Assembly (NCBI GenBank): GCA_008632985.1 | Contig: QPGO01000066.1 | Location: 62,001 to 126,000 of the forward strand | Length of the DNA: 64,000 nt | Reading direction: 5' to 3' | Source: Psammoneis japonica | Taxonomy: Eukaryota | Shown: positions 1 through 11,067 of the stretch, piece by piece | Position numbering within the stretch: position 1 is the stretch's first letter | Layout of the letters: the number at the start of each line of letters is the position of its first letter | Program-made: the position numbers and the translations under genes | The notes under the pieces: model-generated | Databases searched by the model: none | The model's input: only the letters and a program-made list of their open reading frames with translations | Told to the model about the DNA's origin: nothing

Positions 1-1
1 G

Positions 2-636
2 CTCTTACAAACTCCCAATCTCGAGCTCTATCATCTATGGCAAGTAGAGGCGAGCAAGAATTCTTCCAGAGATGAAGCAGAAGCACTACCTCAAGTGGGC
101 GACCCCATTTTACGAGTCACAACGACGGCCATTCGGTTTCCAGGGCTAACGTTGAAAACCATTGCACCGTGGGATGCAAAACGAATTTCCACAGAAAACA
201 ATGCCTTGGAGCTGCAAATTACCCTCATTACGGATGAGTTGCAGGCGATGGACCCAAACCACTGGTGTGGGTGTTTCATCAATTGGCGGGTACCGCACAC
301 GACGGCAAAAACAATATCCATCTTCCCTTTTTTCCCAAGAATAACAAACCCAAGACTACTACTTCTTCTTCCGAACGCAGAACACACTCAACCAATACCA
401 TTTCGCCATTCCGACGGATTCGGGAGTATTTTCCAGTCAAGAGCATGCTCAAGATTGACATGAGTTTTCCCTCATTGTTGTTAAATATATTGCCCGTCAG
501 CAAGGAAATGGCCGAACAGCAAGGCAATCGGGCCATTCAAAATGTTGTCGAACGAGACATTGGTCCTTCGCTCGAAGCACTCCGACAACGGTACTTGGAT
601 TCGATGGAAGAAAAGATGGAACAAGATCAAGAATAG
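2..636 (+). CDS. 3' part of a hypothetical protein gene (5'-truncated by the window), with an apparent frameshift near 247
   Basis: Frame +2 is open from the window start to ...ITDELQA. Protein-like sequence continues in frame +1 (DGPKPLVWVFHQL...FPSLLLNILPVSKEMAEQQG...) to the stop at 634-636. TpA content is normal. Confidence 0.45.
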
Positions 637-906
637 ACTTATGTATAGATAACATGATACACAATATCTATAGAGAGAACATTGCTTTTTAACGAAAGAC
701 TTTAGTTTGCCTCTATTTCCCAATATACACAGTTTGGAGAGTACAGTAGTTAGCGGAGATTCTGAGTTGCGGCGCTCAAGCGGAGATTACAGCTCGCCTC
801 ATCAATAGATTTGCTGGATTATTATTCCCCTTGCCCACATATTGTTGTATGGCGGTCTATGGAAGATAATACATTTTTTAAAAGATTGAGTAGCATCTAT
901 TTTCTT

Positions 907-2433
907 TTAAAGCTTGTTGCTGAATTTATAATAGCGGCGGTTTCGAGTCACGCCGAAACGCAAGAATGCTGCTAAACGCAAGAGACGTGAGTGCCGGTGA
1001 CAACTTGCGCCTTTTGGGTTCTCGTGGTTGCGACAAGACAGTAGTAGTAGTAGTTGTTGGCTCGCATTAGCCTGTTCCAAATCATGACAACTCCTCGTCT
1101 GCAGCACCAATGGTTCGTGTTGCTGTGCAAATCCCGTTTCAATCAATTTTGCCGTATGTTCCAATGTCGGACATTGATTATGAATTTTGCATGCCATTTG
1201 ATTGGCTGCCTCTTGATGGGACACATCCGACAAGACGGTACAAATGGCTTGTTTCAACATTTTGGGAGTAGCTCGTTTGGCCGATACGACTTGAGCCACA
1301 CCCAATTCCGCCAATCGCGCCGCCACACCGGGTTGATCATTGCCAATGGGTATTGCCACCATGGGTATACCACACGTCAAGGCTTCGAGTGCCGTATTCA
1401 TGCCGGCATGAGTTATAACCAAATCGGCCTTGCGCAACAATTCGAGTTGAGGTGCAAAATCCAACACAATGCAATTGTCTGGGATATTATCGGCGTCATC
1501 AAGAGTAGCTCCTTTACGACCTAGCGATAAGATGAGCTGTACATCCAAATTTCGACAAGCCTCGGCGACAATGGTGTAAATGTCCATGATGCGATTCTGG
1601 ACCGTTCCCAACGAGGCATACACAATTGGTTTGTTCGTGTCAATCACGTTCCAATCAAACGGTAAAGTCGCATCGTCCTTTCGATCCATATCATGCCACG
1701 GTTGACTGTAATAAAAGTGACTTGGCAAATTCGTTCTCGGAAAATCCGCAAACTCGGGTATTTGAGCAATCTGAAAGAGTCCCTGACTTTGTGCATCGTT
1801 ATACCCGTATTTGCGCAATCCGTGCTTGGCACGGTAGCGATTGACGAGTCGATACAAGGACGGAGCCGCCACGGCGACAATGGCCAAATTGGCCACCCTA
1901 TTACGTATACGACGTAGCACGTCTCGTTTGCCGTGTGGCGGACGCCATGTTGTAATAAAGGGTGGTACAGAGGAATCCAAATGCAGCGGCAGTGCGGTGC
2001 AAAGCACACCAAAGGGAATTTCAAGCACGTCGGCAACATCCATGGCGGCAGGGGACAACTGATCGACACAGAGAGCGTCAATCTTGCATTTCTTTAAAAC
2101 AGTGGGTAAATCTCTCAAAATGATTTGCTCTTCTCGTCGAAACAATTGAACGGTATGGCGAAAACACGAAAAACCGCTGAGTTTTCCTTCCCGTTCCAAG
2201 TCGCGATCAAGTATACCGGATTTGTATTCGGAAATACCAATGGGTGCAAATTTTAGAGAATTTCGTTGTGCCGTGCCTTTGCCTTGGGGAGTTGCAATGA
2301 GCGTTACATGGTGACCTCGTCGCTGCAGCTCGGCACCCACGGTGCAGGTTGGATTCAAGTGACCCGGGTGACCGGGACAAATCAAACCGATCCGCAAACT
2401 GGCAACAACAATGAGTGGGGCAAACAAGAACAT
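907..2433 (-). CDS. UDP-glycosyltransferase, GT1/MGT (macrolide/zeaxanthin glucosyltransferase-like) family
   Basis: Intronless 508-aa ORF with N-terminal GHLNP..ELQRRGH.V, KPIVYASLGTVQN, and a UDP-sugar-binding box APQLELLRKADLVITHAGMNTALEALTCGIPMVAIPIGNDQPGVAAR. Confidence 0.92.
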   Translation of the reverse strand: MFLFAPLIVVASLRIGLICPGHPGHLNPTCTVGAELQRRGHHVTLIATPQGKGTAQRNSLKFAPIGISEYKSGILDRDLEREGKLSGFSCFRHTVQLFRREEQIILRDLPTVLKKCKIDALCVDQLSPAAMDVADVLEIPFGVLCTALPLHLDSSVPPFITTWRPPHGKRDVLRRIRNRVANLAIVAVAAPSLYRLVNRYRAKHGLRKYGYNDAQSQGLFQIAQIPEFADFPRTNLPSHFYYSQPWHDMDRKDDATLPFDWNVIDTNKPIVYASLGTVQNRIMDIYTIVAEACRNLDVQLILSLGRKGATLDDADNIPDNCIVLDFAPQLELLRKADLVITHAGMNTALEALTCGIPMVAIPIGNDQPGVAARLAELGVAQVVSAKRATPKMLKQAICTVLSDVSHQEAANQMACKIHNQCPTLEHTAKLIETGFAQQHEPLVLQTRSCHDLEQANASQQLLLLLSCRNHENPKGASCHRHSRLLRLAAFLRFGVTRNRRYYKFSNKL

Positions 2434-2914
2434 TTGTTTTGTGTGATGAATGAGTTAGATTGGAACTGAAATGCCACAAAGAGACGGTGTTTTTTGCAAC
2501 AGCAGCGCAACAGCACAATAGGGCGAGTGCACAACAAGTGACACGTTCAAGAGATACGGTTTACAGTATGTGTTGAGTGTTGAGAAAGATTCTCTGGATC
2601 TTTCTTTGATGACGCCTTTCGCCGCGGTATCTTTTTTCATTCACGAATAATGTTCAGTCATGAGTGTCAGGGAGTTGCATGAAAAATCGAAATTTTCATT
2701 TTCCCCTGTTTTTCTCGCATTTTCAGGATCGTGCGAACAGCACGCATGCCGATAGCCGATGCTGCCGACTGCGGTGCCGAGGTGGTAGCCCGTACTCTGT
2801 ATCGATGTAGCCAACAGCGGAGGCTACGCGGTGTCGTTGTCAACGATGTTTTATGGATTGAAACTAAGACGTAAAGACACTGCTGTGCTAAGAAGTAAGA
2901 ATAATGCAATTAAA

Positions 2915-3858
2915 CTAATGTTCTAAACTGCTGGCATTTCTAATGACAGCCGCCACACTTGTCCTTGTTGCTGCTGTGAAAACTGGAACAATGTAAAATG
3001 AAAAGAAGCGCCGCGCACCCTGCTTCGCCATACAAGCAGTGCCGTCAATCAACACAACCTTGGGGCTCTCCATAGAGCGGTATGTTGAGTCCTCAGCTTT
3101 GAGGTCAACATGTGCAATTCTTGAACCATCCTCACCCCCCAAAAGATGAACCTTGTTGATCTTTTTCGACACTTTGATGGGCAAAGGAACAGTGGCTGTT
3201 GACGCCAAGACATCGCTGTCCGACAACCTCATGGAGGACAACTGATCTGAAAGTGCCTCTGGGGCGCTTGTGCACATCCCTGAGCTCTTGGTCTCCTTGG
3301 GATTGTGCCTCCTCCACCAGCACAGCATGGAGTGAGTCCATGTCCATGCTGTGACCCGGCCACTCGGAGGTGCACTGCAAAAACCAACCGCCACCCGTCA
3401 CCGCCAGCTTGAAGCTAGAAAGGTCCTCAGTGCATGCTCCTGAGGGAGCTACAATCACCAGCACCACATGGTCTGTCTTGTTGACAGAATCCTTGTGGGT
3501 GAGCAACATGAGAGTGCATTCTGTTTCATTTGACAAAGTGCAGCATGTGGCGACACTTGCTTCCACCAGTGCCATCATCTGCCGGTGGCGCAGCACTGTC
3601 ATCAGCGCTTCGTTGTTGCAGGTTGAAACCAGTTTCTTTCCTCAGCTTGCACAGCTGAGTGCGAAATTTGGCAAGAGGATGCTTCAAAAACTCTGCACGC
3701 ATGGACTGAACCTCCTTTGGTGACGCTCCAGGATTGATCCTTTTTTGCAACAGGAGATCCCTGAGCAGCATCCAGTCGGGCGAGTTTTTTCAAAAGGCGG
3801 GAGGCGGCTTCAAGTCAGTGCCAAACACTGACTTGCTCCTTGTGTTCATTGTCACCAT
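2915..3858 (-). pseudogene. Harbinger second ORF (putative DNA-binding protein), disrupted
   Basis: Lies between the TIRs opposite the transposase. PKEVQSMRAEFLKHPLAKFRTQLCKLRK resembles diatom Harbinger ORF2 proteins. It is broken by stops and frameshifts. Confidence 0.5.
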
Positions 3859-4035
3859 CGTGTGTGTGTTGGTCACTGTTCTCAATTTTATGACGAGGCA
3901 AGCTGCAAATCCTCTGAATGCGTGTTGCTCACTCGGCACACTACGGCAAGGTTCGCATCGAATCCCGAACTCCGATTTGAATTGTTCACGACCGTCTCAA
4001 CTCTCTCTTTATGTGGGACAGTCAATCCCACACAT

Positions 4036-4120
4036 NNNNNNNNNNNNNNNNNNNNNNNNNNNNNNNNNNNNNNNNNNNNNNNNNNNNNNNNNNNNNNNNN
4101 NNNNNNNNNNNNNNNNNNNN
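4036..4120. other. Assembly gap (85 N)
   Basis: Run of N inside the Harbinger element. Confidence 1.
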
Positions 4121-4874
4121 TCAAGATTCCCTTGCATGCGTTCCAAAAGCGTTCCAAAAGCGTTCCAAAACCGTTCCGAGAACATTCTCGATTGCACTAA
4201 TTCGCGTGGAAATCAAACTTTGGAGCCTCTTAATCTGGCAATGAGACACATGATGCATTGTAATTGGCGCACCATTGTTGGAACTATTTGAGTGTGGCAC
4301 AACAGTGTAAAAGTTTAACAGATTAGATGGATTTGTTGCAAAAAGGCACACCCGTCAAAACAGGTTGCCATTTTCTCTAAGAAAAAGAACGGCTGTTAGA
4401 AGTCTCAATGATTTTGATTTACAGTGGCTGTGAGTTGAACTGTGAAGCACCATTGTAACTGCTGGCATTGTTTGACACTAAACCACATCTGTGACAACCG
4501 CCAATGGCTCCAACACGGAAACACCATTCGACGAAATGGGCATTTCATCATTCCCTTGTTTCCACGTTCCGGGACCGCACCAAAAGCGTTCCGAAACCAC
4601 ACCAAAAGCGTTCCCGAAGGGAATCTCTCTAAAAGGCCTGACATCAGAGCATTGTTTTTAGACATTGGAAATGAATGAGAACCCCACCCGACCATCAATC
4701 CACCTGTGATGCGGCAACAAAAACACTGCTGCACGGAACTGGCGCCGCAGCAATCTTGTTGGCACATGACATAAAACATCATACGCGCAACACACGTCCA
4801 CATTGCTCACCATGCAAATGCGCCTGCCCAAAGCCACAGCAGATTATCTTGCGGGGACAGTCATCCAGAGGCCG

Positions 4875-5763
4875 ATGAGGTCACAACGGATTTGGAACCG
4901 CAGATTTGCCTCGCACTTCTGCTCTCGCGAGACGCAGTGTGTGAGTTGTGGGGCCTTCTTGAAGATGATGGCAACATCCCACGCGGATTTCTGCCCATTC
5001 ATTCATTGCACACATTTTGTTTTCTGAAACTGTGTGACACTGAAACCACAATGGCCAGAATCTGCGGCGGCATGCACGAGGATACGTTGAGAAAATGGGT
5101 GTGGGTTGGGATGGCGCTAATTGCGAATTTGAACTTGGTGCGTGCCATGACTCCAATTTCTCTTTGAATCAATGTGCTGACATTTGATTCACCACAATTT
5201 CATCACAGATTGATTGGGAGAACAGGTTTGTGGATGACAATGGCAGTGCATGCAAGGTGACGGTGGACGGCACTGACTTTCGCATCAACGAACCATCGCC
5301 GTTCGATCCCATCTGGTGTTCGCATGAATTCAACGGCGCAGGGCTTGGGTGCGAAATCGCCATGTGTGTTCAGACAGGTTGGATGGTTTGGGTGAATGGC
5401 CCCCACCCAGCTGGCATTCCTGATTTGAGCATGGCACGAGAGGCGGTCAATTATGAACTTCAAGATGGAGAGTTTTACTCAGCTGATGGGGCACACAGTG
5501 ACGGACACCAGCATTGTGTGGCCCCGACCGGCCTGCGCAATGCCGACCAATGCATGAAGACCGTCGCTCGCGCCCGCCATGAAGCTGTCAACGGTTGGTT
5601 CAAGCGCTTCCAAATGATGACAATGACGCATCGTCATGATCGATTAACGCATCACCTTGCCTTCCAAGCAGTGGCGAACATCACACAGCTTTCCATTGTG
5701 ATGGGACACACACCCTTTGAAGCAGAACACTTGGATGAACAGGAACCCATTTTAAGAAATTAG
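4875..5763 (+). pseudogene. Harbinger DDE transposase (DDE_Tnp_4-like), degenerate; intron 5138-5208
   Basis: Motifs VTVDGTDFRI.EP.PF..WCSHEF.G.GL.CEI, GPHPAG, ADGAH and RARHEAVN.WFK.F. A phase-0 intron (GTGCGT...CAG) joins ..IANLNL to IDWENRF in frame. Positions expected to be Tyr read Cys or His. Confidence 0.85.
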
Positions 5764-6705
5764 GACATTTTGCAACATTTGTTGTGACATTTCTTTGGTC
5801 ACAGCTGCAAGAGAGCCAGTTTGTCTTGTCTGCAAAAAATTTTCGTTGGGCTTCGTAATGCATGAGCAAAACAGCAAAACTTTGTCCAGCAGTTCGGTCT
5901 CAGCGTTAAAAGTTACAATGACTGAGGCTGCTGCTGAATCACCAGACGTGAAGACAACAATGATGTCTCCCACCCAGCACGTCAGCTCGTTGGTGGGTCG
6001 AATGATGAGCGAGACCGACAGCGATTGAGACGAGAGCACTGACGTCAGGGGTGCGAGCAGTGAGCTTCTGATGCGCACGTCACAAGGCGCGACATTTGGC
6101 TGCCCCCTCTCTGACTCGCACTCACGTGGTGCCATCCATTGCATGCTCGAGATGATGGACGACCGACATCAGTTGTGCCCCCCTTTCTCTGCACGACGAC
6201 TTTTCTTCAGTCAAAATGTTTGAAAACACGTGAAAAACAGGGGAAAATGAAAATTTCGATTTTTCATGCAACCCCCAGGATAGGATGAATCTACTCTTGC
6301 GATTTTTAGGTGGACGTGCTTTCATTATCTTCATAAAACACGCACGACGCACGCACGTACGCCACGAATCAAGATACATAACACAATACAGTATGTCCCT
6401 GCGTTCTCTGTCAAATGTACAGAAAACTTCTACCAGAAATAGGCATCCTAAAGTCTTTGGACATTTGTTACAAATAATACGGCGACAAATCTATTTATTT
6501 TCCATGAGCTTCTCAAATGTCTAATTAATTGTTTCAAAATGTCCGAATAAATGTTCTTCTGTCTTCTCACACAATCGGATGGAAAAACCCGCGAACTTGT
6601 TGCTTGCACAATCATTTTTGGGTGGCATGATCCATTTGGTTGACACGCCACTCTCATCACAAATCAAAGGAATCATCCATCCACCAAGTCGTAGCTTGCA
6701 AAATT

Positions 6706-7212
6706 ATGAAAACGTTCGCCTTCAAGGGAGTACTTCTCCTTTGTCTGGCCTTTGCGTCGTGCAAGGCAGCGGGTATGGTCAATAAGTCGTTACGTGTTGT
6801 TCTGCTATTTTGTTGCTGCTGTCGTCGTTTTCGTTTTCGTATTTAGAAATACCAATACACATGGAATAACATACCTTCTGCTTGCTCTCTCTTGTATACA
6901 ATATTTCCAGACATTTTGAAAGACACCAATCATGACAAGGTGGACAAGGGAAATGCTCGTAAGAAAGGACTTTCCATTAGCGATTTGTTCCTTGTGCCGA
7001 TTTGGTTTGGTGCTTGTTGCAAATCAGGAGAAGGTAATACCAAAAGCAGTCAACACAACAAAGAAAAAGGCGGCGACTGCGATCTTGTAGCCCAAAGCGA
7101 TTGCAATGGCAAATTCTTGGGTCCTGGTACCGATTGCAACAAGTGTTCCTCTTCAAGCGGCAGCTCTCGTGGCAAAGGTATAAGGGCGGGACATGGAAGT
7201 AGAGAGTACTGA
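6706..7212 (+). CDS. Small secreted cysteine-rich protein; join(6706..6772,6911..7212)
   Basis: Signal peptide MKTFAFKGVLLLCLAFASCKA. GTATGG...CCAG intron 6773-6910 restores the frame. C-terminal GACC...C...C.G.FLGPGTDC motif. Confidence 0.7.
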
Positions 7213-8238
7213 ATCCTTGAAGGTAAATGAAGCTAGAAAATTGAAAAGAATAACGGACATGGCATGTTCTATACAAATGCGCAGCATTCTCGTCAAACTC
7301 TGCTTTCAACGAGAAACGAAAAGCCTTGCAACCACAATTGATACGGCATGGTTTTGGGAAGGCTTTATGTTTCTATTTATCATGAACCCCACCGAATGCA
7401 TTGCCAATTGTTCTTCTGGGTATCCACAAAGGTTTAGTTGTTTGATGTGCTTCGAGAAAACGATCCACCAAAGTCATCCCCCCAAAAAGCCTTCTTCAGA
7501 ATAGCGGCATGTGCTTGTGCAGAAGGTCATGAAAAAAAAATCGACAGTGCGCTTTTGGATCCAAAACGAAATCTTTGATTCCTTGCACCAGTTAAAGTTT
7601 GGGCCGTCGTCCATGTTTGCAAACATGTTTGGCCCACGAGAACACCCGGATCGCCTGTTCATCTCCTCGAATATACTTACTCCGGAGTACTTCTTGGAGT
7701 GCATCACGACGCGTTTATCTTATGAATTATCTGTTTTCCGACGGGGAGGACAGAATTTTAAGCTACCACCCGCGACGTAACTAGAGGATCTATGGGTACA
7801 GTAGGAGACCTATCTCGGATGATGAAACTTAGTGGATAAACCTTGTTGCGGCCCAATCATGTGTACTGCGTCCGATGGAGAACGAACACGTAACAACATG
7901 GACGTCTATCACGGTGGAATCTTGGACCCTGAACGAAAGTGGTGTGGTTTGAATAGTTTGGGTACCGAAACATTGATAGTTGTTCTCGGTGGTTGCAGAT
8001 GGATCGTTGGTGCTTTGTTCCTGTAAGATGAGATGTTATAAGAAGTGGAAACGGCTGAATTCTAAATTCACGTACAACAAGTAAGTCTACTAGTAGTCAA
8101 AAAGCCTTCTTCCACTCTTTACTTCGTGTACAACCCATCGGTAGCTAAGCAAGCTTTGCATCAGGTCTGCACATGTACAGAAAACGGAAACTATTCGAAA
8201 CGACAATTTTTTGACACATACGGATGACACTTCCCCAG

Positions 8239-9172
8239 CTACACATTGGCAGGGGATGGGGAAACTCGAGCGCGTTTTGCGGAAGGCTCGGGAGTATCAA
8301 GAGACAAGGCACCAGCCAACCGAGTCGTAGTAGCACCCGCAGCAGTATTGACACCTTCCGTGCTGTTCGCTGCGACTTCATCGTTTCCAATGTACTTGCT
8401 TTCGACTTGGGCCAGTTCTTCGTCAAGGCCTTCCGTCACTTGAACAAGCGAGGCCGTAGATGCATCTGGATCCTTGAGGATGCTAGGCAGCACAACTTGA
8501 AAGAAGGAGGGTTTGCTGTGCGGTTCTACCTTGGCTTTCAATTCGGTTAATTATGTTCTTGAGTGCGCGTGCGTCACAAGCTGCATTGCGGCAGCAGCAA
8601 TGAACAGGCAGATTTCCGTTTATGTTCGCCTTCTTGATGCCTTCTGGATGCTCGTCTGCAATCAGATTGAAAACGTCGATGCCGCGTAGACCGGCATAGT
8701 GGACAGGCAGAGTTTCCTCTTTGTTCATTGTTCTTACAGCTTGGGGACACCTGCTCACCAGTTCACGAATTGAGTCAATGCCGCAGCCTTTGATTGGAGC
8801 TTCGTGGAGAGGTGAGTTTCCCCGTTTGTTTCCATGCTTGAGACCATCTGAGAACTTCTTGGCAAGCATCTTGACAATGCTTGCGCCGACGCTCCTCACT
8901 TCGTGAATCGCCAGGTTCCCCTTGTTGTTCTGGGTCTTTGCAGCTTCAGGATTCTTTTCGACAATCAATTCAAGGAAGCTGAGATGAACAGCCGTGATCC
9001 CAGGTCGATTCGGTCTGAGTGCATCATGAAGGAGAAGATTTCCTTTGCCGCAGGTCATTCTTGCTAAGTTCTGGCCAAACGGTGAATTCAGGATTGAAGT
9101 CGCCTCAAGCCAATCCCCGTTCTTAATGTGCCGACGTAGCGTCAGGGCATGTTGGAGGGTTTCGGAGCTCAT
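8239..9172 (-). pseudogene. Ankyrin-repeat protein, frameshifted near 8545 and partly TpA-eroded
   Basis: Repeated G.LxLH/GNSPLH/ETLPVH/GNLPVH ankyrin motifs. The C-terminus continues in another frame (8239-8541). SRCPQA and DEHPEG sit where YP is typical. Confidence 0.7.
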
Positions 9173-9419
9173 CGCACTTTGCCGAATGCTGTTTTGGGGT
9201 TTGGCTTTGGTTTCTGCTTCTCTCTCACCATGTGGATCGCAGCTTGTAGCCAGAGAGTCTAAGTCTGTTTTGCGATTTGCGACGACAGAATGGAGAAACA
9301 ACAGTGTGGAAATAAATGAGCGGCAGCGTGCGGATCGGGTGCGGCACTCTCTCTGCGCGGCAGCCCTGCTGGTGCGTAGAAACGCACTGCACGGTGACAC
9401 AAGAGGATGAGAATTCAAA

Positions 9420-10930
9420 ATGGCGCGTTGCGGTCGGTCCGTTCCCCGTTTCTATGTTCATCGAATGCACCCTGCCTCCAGCATCCTCCAGAAACTTCAG
9501 CTCAAAATGACTTCCTGTTTTCCATCAGCTGGAGCTTTTGCACATTTTGGAATCTGTGTTGTCAGTCTTTGGATGGTCTTGAGGGTGACACTGCCTGCTT
9601 GCTTTTTTCTGCAAAGTTTGTTGCACATCATTTTGCCACCCGCTTGTGATGCAGTTGACTGGCAAGCCAGCACTGCAAATTTGAGTGCCTCTGCCTCCAG
9701 GCTCCACCACATTCTGAACCTGTGCCTCTGCTTCTCTAGTTGCTCCACTCTGAAAATCCATTGCTTGCCAAGCAAAACACGTGCTCTCCAGCAAAGCTCA
9801 GCACCAAATTTGTGCACATTGTTTCTGCGCGACTTTAGATTGAACTGGTGTTGGCTTCCACAGCCCCCCTCCCATGTGTTGGAAGTGAGCCATCCACTCA
9901 ACAACTTTGCACAGCTTTGTTCCTGGAGTTGCACTCTCTGATGTTTGCAAAAACAGCTCCACGCATGCGCAGGTTTTCCAAAATGTTGAGTTCAAAGTGG
10001 CACGTTGATGCTGTGGAGCCTTGCCAAAAGCACTCACCATCACACCCGAAAGTGCACTGCATCTGGCATGGGACCCGGGCTACTTGGGGAAACACCTGGA
10101 GAAATCAGACCCACAAAATGATGAATGCATTGCTGGAAAATGTGTTTTCTAGCATCAACCATCATGAGGTCAATTCTCACAGCTCAAGTGAAGATTCCTG
10201 TGTTCTTGGGAGTGGAGAATTCAAGTTTGTTTTGAGTCATTGGCTGGCACAACTGCCTGGTGCATGCACGTGAGGAGCTCACATGCAACATTGCCCAGTG
10301 GTGTGGCGTGAGGTGCAGATGGCGTGGTGGGGTGAAATGGCATTGCACAGGAGGTGGGGAGCAAACGGATGGGTTCTGGGAGTGAGAGCAGCAAGTTGAG
10401 CATGCATTTTGGAGGAGTGGCAGAGAAGTTGGTCAGCAAGGGATTTGGTGATGGTTGGGCTGAGGCTCTGGAGGCCCCATTGAGCAGCAGTGGTTGTGTG
10501 GTGAGTGAGCCCAAATCTGGCAGAGGTGATGGCAGCCCACAAAGCTGCAGCAGCAGGAAGGAGGCCAGATGGAGAGAGTTGGGCATTGGCACAGGCAGCA
10601 CATGGTTGGCACCAAAGAGCAGGCAGTGGGCACCAAGATGGCCAATCATGAATGGAACAAGGCAAATGCCAGCTTCATTGAGGGAAGCAATTGTGGGGGT
10701 GCTGTCTTGGGTTTCATGAGTTCTGTGGAACTTCTGTTTTACACTCGCATGGTGTGCCTTGGTTGCAGGGTCTTGAGCAGGGGCAGGCAAGCCAGGAGGT
10801 GGAAGCAGAGGTGGTTTGGGAACCAAAATGTTGATGGGAGGGCAGCTGTGAGAAAGGGGGGCAGCGGTGGAGGAGGCAGGGGTGAGTTTGACACCGACGT
10901 CAGAGCCGGCCGCTTGAGTGGTGAATGCGG
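9420..10930. mobile_element. Heavily degenerate repeat relic; 10220-10830 (-) possibly the C-terminal part of a non-LTR retrotransposon
   Basis: Near absence of both TpA and CpG and no coherent ORF. LNEAGICLVPFMIGHLG and QWGLQSLS..ITKSLA resemble C-termini of restriction-like-endonuclease non-LTR elements (weak). Confidence 0.35.
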
Positions 10931-11067
10931 CTCACTTTCTCTGTTCTACTCCTAGCTAGCTAGCTGGCTTCCTCGAATAGCGCAGGATTACTACTTGGTC
11001 GGCCATCGTGGCAGTGAACTATATGAATTAGCGCATGTAACATGTATCAAACTATAACCTAAAAAAA

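Larger units (their letters stand above)
2671..6275. mobile_element. PIF/Harbinger DNA transposon (degenerate), ~55-bp TIRs, CAG target-site duplication
   Basis: Left end GGAGTTGCATGAAAAATCGAAATTTTCATTTTCCCCTGTTTTTC starts at 2671 and its reverse complement ends at 6275. CAG flanks both sides (2668-2670, 6276-6278). It encloses a Harbinger DDE transposase and a divergent second ORF. Confidence 0.9.

Noticed and set aside
7300..8030. Possible decayed minus-strand gene
   Set aside because: Only short broken frames with no motif I can identify.
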